Of a stretch of DNA of 64,000 bases, positions 1-8,783 are shown piece by piece. Position 1 is the first letter of the stretch; every line of letters begins with the position of its first letter. The notes below the pieces were generated by a model. That model saw nothing but the letters and a program-made list of their open reading frames with translations. It ran no database searches and was not told the origin of the DNA. The stretch comes from Akkermansia muciniphila (GTDB taxonomy: Bacteria; Verrucomicrobiota; Verrucomicrobiia; Opitutales; UBA953), in NCBI GenBank assembly GCA_945878755.1, contig CAMDWM010000002.1, forward strand, positions 75 to 64,074. Direction: 5' to 3'. Both the position numbers and the translations under genes were made by a program.

Positions 1-314
1 TCTTGACGCATAACTGGGATGAGCTTCGTCGGACCATGTGGGATTATGTCGGCATCGTCCGCTCGACCAAGCGCCTGCAACGGGCCCGCACGCGTATAGG
101 CACGCTGGCGGATGAAGTCCGGGAGTATTATTGGAATTTCCGCGTCGAACCACGGTTGCTGGAATTGCGTAACTTGATTCAAGTCGCCGACCTCATCATC
201 GACTGTGCCTTGCAACGGCACGAAAGTCGCGGACTGCACTTCACCCTCGATTATCCGGGCAAGCTGCCAGCGGCCCGCCATACTTCTGTGCGTCGTCCGC
301 AGAGCCGGCCATGA
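1..314 (+). CDS. nadB: L-aspartate oxidase, C-terminal fragment (gene begins left of the window)
   Basis: The ORF 3..314 is open to the left edge. Its tail WDYVGIVRS...[22 protein letters not shown] is typical of the NadB/FAD-dependent fumarate-reductase-like C-terminal helical domain. The stop overlaps the next start (ATGA). Confidence 0.8.
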   Translation, partial: LTHNWDELRRTMWDYVGIVRSTKRLQRARTRIGTLADEVREYYWNFRVEPRLLELRNLIQVADLIIDCALQRHESRGLHFTLDYPGKLPAARHTSVRRPQSRP

Positions 315-1222
315 AGATTGTCATCGTCGGCGCAGGTGCGATCGGCGGTTGGTATGGTGGCCTCTTGGCGCTGGCTGGTCACGAAGTGCATGCAATCAGC
401 CGGAGTGACTATCCAGTCCTCCAACGACGTGGTTTGGTAATGTGTGACTTAAACGGAGAGCGCGTCGTTCGATTGGCCTCTGCCTCGCCGACCGGCGAGG
501 GAATCGGTTCGTGCGATCTGGTTATCGTGGCCGCCAAGGCCACCGCTAATGCCCTCTTGCCAGCGCTCATCCAGCCCTTGATAGGCCCCCAGACCCTGTT
601 GCTTACTTTGCAGAATGGCATGGGCAACGTCGAGGCCTTCCAAGCTATCGTGCCAGTGGAACGACTTGTCGCTGGCTTGTGCTTCGTGTGCATCAATCGG
701 ATCGATTCGGGGGTCGTCTCCAATACGCATTCGGGCTATGTCCGGATGGCTGCGGCGGAAGGCCCGATCACCCCATCGGTGACTCAGTGTGTCGCATGGT
801 TTAAGTCGGCGGGCGTGGATTGCCGCGCCGAGGATTCCTTGGAAGCGGTGCTCTGGAAGAAGCTCTGCTGGAATATTCCATTCAACGGTTTGGCTATTGC
901 GGGCGGCGGCATCACCACGGACTTAATTCTCGCCGACCCCGTACTCAAAGCACGCGCCCGTCGCCTGATGGAAGAGGTCCGTATGGCGGCAGGCTTATGC
1001 GGCCATGTCGTCAGCGAGCAGCACTTGCAGGGCCAGATGGACGTCACCGAGCGCATGGGCGCCTATCGCCCCTCCAGCCTGATTGATTACCTGGAAGGTC
1101 GTGAGGTGGAAGTAAGCGGCCTTTGGGGCGAGCCGCTCCTTCGTGGGTTAGCCGCGGGCGCCAAGATGCCCGAACTCGCACTCCTGAAGCACGAGATCGA
1201 GGCTAAGTTAAAGGCGCGTTGA
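311..1222 (+). CDS. panE: 2-dehydropantoate 2-reductase (ketopantoate reductase, ApbA/PanE family)
   Basis: 303 aa. N-terminal Rossmann motif [13 protein letters not shown]. Length and C-terminal helical half fit the ApbA/PanE family. Confidence 0.8.
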   Translation: MKIVIVGAGAIGGWYGGLLALAGHEVHAISRSDYPVLQRRGLVMCDLNGERVVRLASASPTGEGIGSCDLVIVAAKATANALLPALIQPLIGPQTLLLTLQNGMGNVEAFQAIVPVERLVAGLCFVCINRIDSGVVSNTHSGYVRMAAAEGPITPSVTQCVAWFKSAGVDCRAEDSLEAVLWKKLCWNIPFNGLAIAGGGITTDLILADPVLKARARRLMEEVRMAAGLCGHVVSEQHLQGQMDVTERMGAYRPSSLIDYLEGREVEVSGLWGEPLLRGLAAGAKMPELALLKHEIEAKLKAR

Positions 1223-1678
1223 TTACTTCTTCGCGGGTGCAGGCAGACCCTTTAAAATCGTAGTCACTTCTGCAGTGGCGCGACCTACGTTCCAGAAATT
1301 GGCGGCGACCCCAGGGCCGGAGTTACCGTCAAACAGACGACGGTTCGACTTATCGAAGAGCGCAAGCGAGAGGCTGATGTTGGGAATGTCCGAGCGGTTA
1401 CCGGCGCTCTTTTGCGTTTGCCAGCTACTGCGCAGCACGGCATCGGCTTCGCCCTCCGTCGCTACGACGGTATACCCTTGGGCCGACAGTGCCCGTACCC
1501 CGGCGTCATGGACGGCGTTGGCGAGAATATCCGTGTCGTGCAGGGAAGAGGCGGCCACGTCGCGGACGTAGACCTTGGACACTTGGCCAGCGGCCACCGG
1601 GGTCGAGGTATTGCAGCCGGAGGTGGCTAAGGCGGAAATTCCGAGCAGGGACAGCAGGGCTAGACGGGGTAGGTGCAT
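1223..1678 (-). CDS. Small secreted protein or putative lipoprotein, function unknown
   Basis: 151 aa. Hydrophobic signal MHLPRLALLSLLGISALATSGC with a Cys in a lipobox-like position. No recognisable catalytic motif. Confidence 0.55.
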   Translation of the reverse strand: MHLPRLALLSLLGISALATSGCNTSTPVAAGQVSKVYVRDVAASSLHDTDILANAVHDAGVRALSAQGYTVVATEGEADAVLRSSWQTQKSAGNRSDIPNISLSLALFDKSNRRLFDGNSGPGVAANFWNVGRATAEVTTILKGLPAPAKK

Positions 1679-1833
1679 AACTTGTTTATGACTTGGGTTG
1701 GCGATTAGACAAGCCGGGACATGATGGGGCTACGCTGGGAGCCTCCCCCGGGAGCCTCCTCTAACGTATTTTTGATGAAATCTCACCCTGTCACCCCCTC
1801 CACCCTTCAGCGCTCGGCGAGCCTCCTCCTGTC

Positions 1834-2889
1834 ATGGCTAGTGTAAAGGCGGTGACGTTTGATTTAGCGGGGACGGTGCTTTTCCCCCATCCTTCGGTGG
1901 GGGCGGTCTACTCCGCCTGCGCTCAGAAGCATGGCATCAAAGTTGATGCCTTTGAGTTGGAGGTAGCCTTTGCTTCGGCGTTACGTTCGGCCAATAAACA
2001 AGCTAAGGCGGAAGTCTTCTGGCGGGAAGTCGTGGAGCGAACATTTGGAGCGCACTTGCCTGGCTCCCAATCAGACGCGGTTTTTAAGGAATGCTGGCAC
2101 GCCTTTGCTGACGCTAAGGCTTGGCGGGTCTGCCTGGGCTTGGTCAGCGTCATCGGGGCCCTGAAGTTTCTCGGGATCAAGGTGGCCATCTTGTCTAATG
2201 CCGATTCGCGGATGCGGCGGGTACTGGAACAGAAGGACCTCGCGCGACATTTTGACGGCATCTTCCTCTCCGAGGAAATGGGCTATGCCAAGCCAGACGC
2301 GAAGGCTTATGCGCATGCGGCCCGTAGCCTCGGCGTGGCACTGACGGCCTTGGTGCATGTCGGGGATAGTCCGGTCGAGGACGGGGAAGGCCCCCGTAAT
2401 GTCGGCGCCGTTGGCGTGATTATTGGTGGGCGGCATGCGCCCGAGAAATGCCTCCGCGCCGAACGGCTCGTCGAAGTGCCCAAGCTGATTCAAGCCTTGC
2501 TCAACGAAGGTAAGACCAAGGGTAAGTTTTCGCGGCATGTCGTCAACCTGCTGGCCAACCTCCGCGGAGTCCCCGAAGATCGTGGGCGTTCGACTGATCG
2601 CGAATTAAAGACCATGGATGAAGCCATGGGGGAGGCCTTTAAAAAGATGCGGCTCGATAAGCCCGTCCCAGAGGACATGATTATCGCCCATTGGAGCGAA
2701 CTACTCCCGATGAAGTTAGCTCGGCGCAGTGCACCGCTCAAGATGGTCGAGGGCGGCCGGCTCGTCATCCAGTGCGAGAGCTCTGTCATCAAAACAGAAC
2801 TGCGGTTCCACGAACGTGCCCTGTTGGCCAAAATCCGCGACCTGCCCGGCTGTACGGAGGTCAAAAGCCTCGCCTTTGTGAACGCCTAA
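1834..2889 (+). CDS. HAD-superfamily hydrolase fused in frame to a DUF721 (DciA-like) C-terminal domain
   Basis: 351 aa. HAD motif I is FDLAGTV, motif II LSNAD, and motifs III/IV AKPD...VGDS. The C-terminal ~120 aa (FSRHVVNLLANLRGVP...IAHWSELLP...LVIQCESSVIKTELRF...IRDLPGCTEVKSLAF) matches the DUF721 pattern. Confidence 0.7.
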   Translation: MASVKAVTFDLAGTVLFPHPSVGAVYSACAQKHGIKVDAFELEVAFASALRSANKQAKAEVFWREVVERTFGAHLPGSQSDAVFKECWHAFADAKAWRVCLGLVSVIGALKFLGIKVAILSNADSRMRRVLEQKDLARHFDGIFLSEEMGYAKPDAKAYAHAARSLGVALTALVHVGDSPVEDGEGPRNVGAVGVIIGGRHAPEKCLRAERLVEVPKLIQALLNEGKTKGKFSRHVVNLLANLRGVPEDRGRSTDRELKTMDEAMGEAFKKMRLDKPVPEDMIIAHWSELLPMKLARRSAPLKMVEGGRLVIQCESSVIKTELRFHERALLAKIRDLPGCTEVKSLAFVNA

Positions 2890-3285
2890 TTAGGCCTTTG
2901 CTTTGGGGTCGAAAGGCTTCAGGAAGGTTTCCTTGAAGTCGTAGACGCCGCAGAAGTCTTCGAGGTTGTCCTCTGCGGAGCGACCAAACAGCCCAGTGCT
3001 GATGATGTTGAACACGATATTGCCGACGTCATCAGTCTTTTTGAGGCCCCAATTCTGAAGCAGTTGATAAGACATCGGACCATAGGTCTCGATGACATGC
3101 TGACGGAAGCCCTCGAGCAGTTGCGGTCCAGTGACGTGACGGTTGACCATCGCTTTACCTTTCTTGGCTTCGCCGTGGATATCCTTCTGGGCTAGGTCGA
3201 GGCTGAGGCGGACTAGGTCGTAGGCTTGCGGGCTATAGCGCTGATCCTTTTCGCGCACTTGCCGAACGGCGTCTTCGAAGTCCAT
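2890..3285 (-). CDS. Small conserved hypothetical protein, possibly the Minf_1886 / PVC-restricted family
   Basis: The track ORF 2890..3480 overlaps hisC. The internal ATG at 3285 (MDFEDAVRQV...) sits 1 nt after the hisC stop and gives a 131-aa protein. The family assignment is from memory only. Confidence 0.55.
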   Translation of the reverse strand: MDFEDAVRQVREKDQRYSPQAYDLVRLSLDLAQKDIHGEAKKGKAMVNRHVTGPQLLEGFRQHVIETYGPMSYQLLQNWGLKKTDDVGNIVFNIISTGLFGRSAEDNLEDFCGVYDFKETFLKPFDPKAKA

Positions 3286-3286
3286 C

Positions 3287-4375
3287 TTAGCGCTGGGCAA
3301 GCTCCGCGAGGAGGCGGGCGTTCTGGGCGGAGGTGCCGACGGTGAGTCGAAGCCAGCCGACCATGCCATAGCCACGCAGCGGCCGGACGATGACGCCCGC
3401 TTTTTGGAGGCGCATGAAGACCGCCTCGGCGTCGGGTATCTTCGCTGCGAGAAAGTTGGCTTTGCCGTCGATGTATTCATAGCCCAGAGCGGTGAGTCCG
3501 GCCGCTAACTGGGCCAAGCCAAGGTCGTTTACTTCCCGCGTGCGTTGTACGAAATCCGCGTCATCGAGGGCAGCTTCGGCCGCGGCCAAAGCCGGGAGGT
3601 TGACGTTAAAGGGTTGGCGGACGCGGTTGAGTAAGCCGATGACTTCGGCGGAACCCATCATGTAGCCGACGCGCAGGCCGGCCAAGCCGTAGGCTTTAGA
3701 GAAGGTCCGCGAGACGACGACCTTGCGTCCGGAGGCCATGAGCGGACGGAGGTCAGCCGAGGCATCGAGGTATTCGGCGTACGCTTCGTCGAGGCAGAAG
3801 ATGACGTGGTCAGGCAAGGATTGCGCGAGGGCGATGATGTCCTTGGGGTCATCGGTACCGCCGGTGGGGTTGTTCGGGCTGGCGAGGAAGACCAGGCGGG
3901 TCCGGTCGGTCACGGCCGCCCGTAGGGCTGGGAGGTCGTGACGGAAACCGGGCATCGGCACCTCGACCGCGGTGGCGCCAAAAAGCATTGTGGCTAACTT
4001 GTAGACGATGAAGGCTTGGGAACCAAAGACGACTTCATCGCCCGGGCGGAGAAAGGTTTGGGCGAGCATGATCATCACCTCATTCGAGCCGTTCCCGACG
4101 ACAAAGTTCTCGGGCTTCATGGCCCAGTGCGCCGCCAATTTCTCGCGCAGGAAAGTGCCGCCGCCGTCGGGATAGAGGTGGCAGACCTGCAAGGCCTTCT
4201 GGGCTGCGGCCAAGCCCTTAGGGGATGGCCCGAGCGGATTCTCGTTCGAGGCTAATTTGATGACCGAAGCGGGGTCTAAGCCGAACTCGCGGGCGACGAC
4301 CTCGATGGGGCGGCCGGCTTCATAGACGGGTTGCGACAGGACGGGCCGATTGGCCAATTCGGAATAAGTCGGCAT
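3287..4375 (-). CDS. hisC: Histidinol-phosphate aminotransferase
   Basis: Motifs KLASNENPLGPSP and SRTFSKAYGLAGLRVGY (PLP lysine) are present. Start chosen at MPTYSEL (362 aa). An alternative ATG lies at 4390. The longer track ORF has a non-homologous Arg/Gly-rich extension. Confidence 0.85.
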   Translation of the reverse strand: MPTYSELANRPVLSQPVYEAGRPIEVVAREFGLDPASVIKLASNENPLGPSPKGLAAAQKALQVCHLYPDGGGTFLREKLAAHWAMKPENFVVGNGSNEVMIMLAQTFLRPGDEVVFGSQAFIVYKLATMLFGATAVEVPMPGFRHDLPALRAAVTDRTRLVFLASPNNPTGGTDDPKDIIALAQSLPDHVIFCLDEAYAEYLDASADLRPLMASGRKVVVSRTFSKAYGLAGLRVGYMMGSAEVIGLLNRVRQPFNVNLPALAAAEAALDDADFVQRTREVNDLGLAQLAAGLTALGYEYIDGKANFLAAKIPDAEAVFMRLQKAGVIVRPLRGYGMVGWLRLTVGTSAQNARLLAELAQR

Positions 4376-4471
4376 GGAAGTTACTACCATGGCTACTCTT
4401 GGCCGATTTGGCAAGCGTGAGCCACATCCTCCCCGCTTGCCTCCGACCCTACGAACGCTACTTTTCGTGCG

Positions 4472-5437
4472 ATGCGGATAATTGTCACAGGAGCCAATGG
4501 TTTCGCCGGTCGCGAGGTCGTCATTGCCGCTTTGCGGCGCGGGCACGAGGTCTTAGCCGTCGGTGGTTCCAAGGCCGTGGTCGTCCCCGACCTCCTACGT
4601 TCTATCACGATGGACCTGCGTGATATTGCCGCTGTCCAGACCCTCATGCTCGAGGAGTTTCCCCAGGCCGTGATTAACTGCGCTGCCCTTGCGACCATCG
4701 ACGGTTGCGATCGCGAACCCGCCAAGGCGGAGGCCTTGAATGTCGACCTGCCCCGTCGTTTAGCCCAACTCTCTTTCCACGTCGGCGCCAAATGTATCCA
4801 TCTTTCGACCGACATGGTTTTTGACGGCGAAACTGGTCGTTACGGGAACACGGCAGCTCCGTCACCCTTACACCTCTATGGTCGGACCAAGGCGGCCGGC
4901 GAAGTGGAGGTATTAAAGTACGGCCGTGAGCATGCGGCGGTGATTCGGACAACTTTATTGAATGGGAACTCAGGCACCGGCGACCGTGGCCTCCACGAAC
5001 GGCTGTTTCAGGATTGGGCCGCCGGCAAGCAGACGCCCTTGTTCACTGACGAGATTCGCCAGCCCGTGAGTTTGAGCAACTTAGCCGATGCGGCGGTGGA
5101 ACTTTGCGAGCGCCCGAACCTTTCGGGGGTTTATCATTGGGCCGGCCTCGAGCCGCTCAGCCGTTACGACATGGGCGTCAAGGTCGCCGAGCACTTCGGG
5201 CTGGATCCGGAGAAACTCATTCGGGCCGCGCAACGGAGCGATGTGCCGCAACTGGGTCCCCGCCCACGCGATTTGAGCCTGCAACTGCACCCGTTAGCTG
5301 GCAAATTACGCACACCGGCCCAGCCGTTTGCGGATCAATTGAACGAGCTACGCATTCCGCGTGGCACGGAAACGTGGTACGAACAGGCGACGGGTCGAAA
5401 GGTCGTGCGTTTGTTGGAAAAAGGCATAGACTTCTAG
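4472..5437 (+). CDS. NAD(P)-dependent SDR, RmlD-like sugar-nucleotide reductase/epimerase family
   Basis: 321 aa. Starts MRIIVTGANGFAGREV (a GxxGxxG variant) and carries a YGRTK YxxxK motif. The substrate cannot be assigned. Confidence 0.65.
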   Translation: MRIIVTGANGFAGREVVIAALRRGHEVLAVGGSKAVVVPDLLRSITMDLRDIAAVQTLMLEEFPQAVINCAALATIDGCDREPAKAEALNVDLPRRLAQLSFHVGAKCIHLSTDMVFDGETGRYGNTAAPSPLHLYGRTKAAGEVEVLKYGREHAAVIRTTLLNGNSGTGDRGLHERLFQDWAAGKQTPLFTDEIRQPVSLSNLADAAVELCERPNLSGVYHWAGLEPLSRYDMGVKVAEHFGLDPEKLIRAAQRSDVPQLGPRPRDLSLQLHPLAGKLRTPAQPFADQLNELRIPRGTETWYEQATGRKVVRLLEKGIDF

Positions 5438-5438
5438 C

Positions 5439-6134
5439 ATGGATGTACTCCCCCGCCAGGCTGCCGATGCCGTCGCAAACATGGCGACGGACCTGCTCTT
5501 GCTGGAGAAGTACCCGCACCCCGAGCGCGTGCGCTATCGTCCGTATGCCTGGACGGTGCCCGCCTGTACTTTCGGTGTTTCCCAAAAATGGGAAACCTAC
5601 CGGGCGGTAGTCCCTTTGAGCGCTCAATTGGTGCGTCGAGCCACGGGTGGCGGGCTCGTCTCGCACTTGGAAGATTGGACTTTCGCACTGGTGCTGCCGT
5701 CCGGCCATCCGCTTTGCGAGGCCGATGCCATGGCGAGCTATGAAGCCGTCCACCAAGCCTTAGCCGAGGCCCTCTTGGCGCAAGGCCAGCCGGTCAAGCT
5801 TGCCCCCGTCCCCACAGGTTCGAGACCCTTTCAGTCGCCCGACAATTGCGCACAACGCGCCGAGCCGAATGACCTCGTGCGGACCGATGACGGCCGGAAG
5901 GTCGCGGGGGCTGCCCAGAAACGCACCCGTCACGGGTTGCTCCTCGAGGGCTATATCTGGCGGCCCTTCCTTCCGGGCTGTGACTGGAATCGATTTGAAA
6001 AGGATTTTCCGGCCGCGCTGGGTAAGGTTCTAAACAGCCCGCCCGTCGCGGTTGCCGAGCCAATCTACGATCAGCACGACCACGAGGAAACCTGGGCCCG
6101 GTTCAATTCCCCGGACTGGAATCAGCGCATCTGA
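5439..6134 (+). CDS. Biotin/lipoate A/B protein ligase family protein (LplA/LipB-like)
   Basis: 231 aa. Contains GGGLVSH and KVAGAAQKRTRHGLLLEG, typical of the BPL/LPL catalytic domain. It starts 1 nt after the upstream gene. Confidence 0.6.
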   Translation: MDVLPRQAADAVANMATDLLLLEKYPHPERVRYRPYAWTVPACTFGVSQKWETYRAVVPLSAQLVRRATGGGLVSHLEDWTFALVLPSGHPLCEADAMASYEAVHQALAEALLAQGQPVKLAPVPTGSRPFQSPDNCAQRAEPNDLVRTDDGRKVAGAAQKRTRHGLLLEGYIWRPFLPGCDWNRFEKDFPAALGKVLNSPPVAVAEPIYDQHDHEETWARFNSPDWNQRI

Positions 6135-6135
6135 C

Positions 6136-8706
6136 TTAACCGAAGAGGTCGAGTTCAGGTCCGCCGACATCTTTCTTCGGTGTGGCCTTGGGAACTTTCG
6201 GTGTTGGCTCGGGCTTCTGCTTCGCGGCCTCTTGCGGCGTCAACGTGACCTGAGCGATTTCAACCGACTGCTGGACAGGTAAGCCAGCGCCGGTCTCTAG
6301 GCCTGACAAGATATGCCGTGCGCGTGTAACGACGCTGGGAGGCATACCCGCAAGACGCGCGACTTGGATGCCGTAAGATCGGTCGGCGGCCCCCGGGACA
6401 ACGCGACGGACGAACACGATTTCATCCTGCCATTCCTTCACCGCGACGGACCAATTGCGGAGGCGCGGTAAGAGTCCGGTCAACTGAGTCAACTCGTGAT
6501 AGTGGGTGGCAAAGAGCGTGCGCGGACCTGCTGGACCAGACCCGTGGAGGTGTTCGGCGACCGCCCAGGCGATGCTGATCCCATCATAGGTGCTGGTCCC
6601 GCGGCCGATTTCGTCGAGGACTACTAAGGAGCGAACGGTAGCGTTATTAAGGATATTAGACGTTTCGTTCATCTCGACCATGAAGGTCGAATTACCGCGG
6701 GCGAGTTCGTCCGAGGCACCTACGCGACAGAAGATCCGGTCGACCAAGCCGATGTGGGCGGCTTGTGCCGGCACCCAGCAACCCAAGTGGGCCAGTAACG
6801 CAATCAAAGCGACCTGACGAATATAGGTCGATTTACCGGCCATGTTCGGACCAGTCAGCAAGGCGATTTGTTCACCGCAGCTACTGAGGCGCGTGTCGTT
6901 GGGCACGAAGGACCCAGCGCCCGGGCGAGCCTGTAACATGCGTTCGACGACCGGGTGGCGCCCTTGGGTAATGGTGAGAACGTCGGAGTCATCGACGGTT
7001 GGGCAGCTCCAGTTGGCCTCACGGGCGAGTTCCGCCCAGCCCCGGAGAATATCGACCTCGGCGATGGCGTTAGCGGTCGCCAAGAGTGACTCCGTGCACG
7101 CGAGGACTTCGGCTAACAAAGTTTGGAAGAGTTCGGTCTCGCGGGCCAAGGCTTGTTCATCGGCGCGCAAGACTTCGCGTTCTTTGGTGCGAAGTTCCTC
7201 TGTGGTGAAGCGCTCGGCGTTCACCATGGTCTGCTTACGAATGTAGTCGGCTGGGACCGCGGCCAAGTTCGCTTTGGTAATCTCGATCGCGTAGCCGAAA
7301 GCGCCGTTGTAGCGGACCTTGAGAGATCTGATACCCGTGCGGGTCTGCTCCTGTCGCTCGAAGTCAGCAATCCAGGTCTTACTGTCGGTGGCTAAAGACC
7401 TGAGTCGATCGAGTTCCGCGTCGAAACCACTGCGCAAGGCGCCGCCTTCCGTCAGGTCTACGGGTAGTTCCTCGGCCAAGGAGGCCGTAAGTTTGCCGAG
7501 GAGGGGCGATTCCAGTGAGATGCGCCCGGCGCAGGCCTGCAGGGCGCCGCCGGGCAAGGCGGCCAATTCTTCCTTCAATAAAGGTAGGGCCTGCAAGGTA
7601 TCCTTGATGCCGCCGAGTTCGCGCGGATTGCGGAGTCGATTCTGGAGGCGGGCGAGGATGCGCGGAACATCACGGACGCCCTTAAGTGATTCGCCCAAAC
7701 GGGATGATGCCCCGGCGTGCTTGAAGAATTCACCCACCGCCGCCTGCCGCCGGTGGATGACGGTCAAATCAGTCGATGGTTCGGCGAGCCATAAGGCGAG
7801 CTGGCGGGCTCCGGCGGGGGTGGCAGTTTTGTCAATGGCCTCGAGTAAGGACGTCTCGCGAGAACCATTGGTTGCCGCAAAAAGTTCGAGGTTACGCGAG
7901 GACGCCGCGTCGAGGAGGACGGCAGTTCCCAACTTGGCTTCGGTGAGACGAAAAAGGTTCTTGGGGCGATCGCAGAGCGAATCGGTAACATAGCCGAGCA
8001 CTGCACCGGCGGCGCCGAGGGCGGGATGCTCATCCGTCAGGCCAAAGCCGGCCAAGCCATGCACGGCGAGGGTCTGCGCGACCAAGCGTGCGCCAGCAGC
8101 GACATCAAAATTCCAGCCAGGTAGACGCGAGACCGCCCTGCCCTGCATGAAGACTTCGAAGGCTTCACGGAATTCGGGCGGCGGTTCGAGCCCTTCGGGT
8201 AGGATCACTTCGCGTGGACTGACCGAATGGAGCAAAGGCAAGAGACGTTGCGGATTCGGGTCGGTGGCGAGTCGGAAGTCCGCCGTAGAAACATCGAGCC
8301 ACGAGGCATGCCACCCGTGCTTGTCCCAAGCGATGGCGGCGAGGTAGTTCCCGCGACGCGAATCGAGCTGTGAGTCCTCTAGGGCCGTCCCCGGCGTCAG
8401 GATGCGCGTGAGGCCTCGGCGGACCAACTTTCCGGCGACGGGCGCTTCCAGTTGATCGCAGATGGCAACCTTCCAGCCAGCGGTCAGGAGGCGGTTAACA
8501 TAAGCGGGTGCCGCATGGTAGGGTAACCCAGCCATCGGGGTCTCGTGGCGCTTCGTTAGTGTCAGCCCGAGGACCTTGGACGCTATTTCGGCGTCTTCCC
8601 CGAAGACCTCGTAGAAGTCCCCTAAGCGAAAAAGCAGGATGGTCCCTCTGGCGAGTTTCTCACGAAACTCGCGGTACTGTCGCTGCATGGGAGTCTCCGG
8701 GGCCAC
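6136..8706 (-). CDS. mutS: DNA mismatch repair protein MutS
   Basis: 856 aa. N-terminal mismatch-binding motif GDFYE. Walker A GPNMAGKST. DEIGRGTSTYDG and FATHYHEL are present. Confidence 0.95.
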   Translation of the reverse strand: MAPETPMQRQYREFREKLARGTILLFRLGDFYEVFGEDAEIASKVLGLTLTKRHETPMAGLPYHAAPAYVNRLLTAGWKVAICDQLEAPVAGKLVRRGLTRILTPGTALEDSQLDSRRGNYLAAIAWDKHGWHASWLDVSTADFRLATDPNPQRLLPLLHSVSPREVILPEGLEPPPEFREAFEVFMQGRAVSRLPGWNFDVAAGARLVAQTLAVHGLAGFGLTDEHPALGAAGAVLGYVTDSLCDRPKNLFRLTEAKLGTAVLLDAASSRNLELFAATNGSRETSLLEAIDKTATPAGARQLALWLAEPSTDLTVIHRRQAAVGEFFKHAGASSRLGESLKGVRDVPRILARLQNRLRNPRELGGIKDTLQALPLLKEELAALPGGALQACAGRISLESPLLGKLTASLAEELPVDLTEGGALRSGFDAELDRLRSLATDSKTWIADFERQEQTRTGIRSLKVRYNGAFGYAIEITKANLAAVPADYIRKQTMVNAERFTTEELRTKEREVLRADEQALARETELFQTLLAEVLACTESLLATANAIAEVDILRGWAELAREANWSCPTVDDSDVLTITQGRHPVVERMLQARPGAGSFVPNDTRLSSCGEQIALLTGPNMAGKSTYIRQVALIALLAHLGCWVPAQAAHIGLVDRIFCRVGASDELARGNSTFMVEMNETSNILNNATVRSLVVLDEIGRGTSTYDGISIAWAVAEHLHGSGPAGPRTLFATHYHELTQLTGLLPRLRNWSVAVKEWQDEIVFVRRVVPGAADRSYGIQVARLAGMPPSVVTRARHILSGLETGAGLPVQQSVEIAQVTLTPQEAAKQKPEPTPKVPKATPKKDVGGPELDLFG

Positions 8707-8753
8707 ACCGAGGAGCGAAAGCCCTCTAGCGAGGTCGGCAAGGACGGACTGCG

Positions 8754-8778
8754 TTCCTCAGGGGGTTGCCCTGAGGAA
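8754..8778 (-). terminator. 10-bp perfect hairpin directly downstream of the PIN-PhoH gene, with no U-tract
   Basis: TTCCTCAGGG-GGTTG-CCCTGAGGAA begins 6 nt after the phoH-like stop. It sits in the 77-nt spacer before mutS. No T-run follows on the minus strand, so an intrinsic-terminator function is uncertain. Confidence 0.35.
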
Positions 8779-8783
8779 GTTGC

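Noticed and set aside
1737-1759. A direct repeat GGGAGCCTCC x2, separated by 3 nt, in the divergent spacer upstream of the HAD-DUF721 gene.
   Set aside because: It is very short, has only two copies, has no dyad symmetry and does not recur elsewhere in the window. That is insufficient to call a regulatory site.
3287-4546. N-terminal extensions of track ORFs beyond the conserved starts. They occur in hisC and also in 2890..3480, 13509..15332, 23779..24798, 25715..26113, 27968..28810, 29270..30226, 32484..35039, 37951..39273, 45725..46696, 47556..48710, 53081..54421 and 60245..62935.
   Set aside because: The extensions overlap the neighbouring gene or are Arg/Pro/Ser-rich and non-homologous. 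In each case an internal ATG or GTG sits 0-4 nt from the upstream stop, or immediately before the conserved N-terminal motif.
5104-5756. Overlapping ORFs 5104..5610 (+) and 5217..5756 (-), which could suggest an alternative gene pair.
   Set aside because: They lie within or across the SDR and ligase-like genes, which have clear Rossmann and BPL/LPL motifs. The alternative products are Arg/Pro/Gly-rich with no recognisable domains.
7319-7993. A 224-aa plus-strand ORF antisense to mutS that is not codon-aligned.
   Set aside because: Its sequence is Ser/Arg/Ala-rich and low-complexity with no motif. MutS on the opposite strand is complete and canonical. A chance open frame in GC-rich DNA is the simplest explanation.
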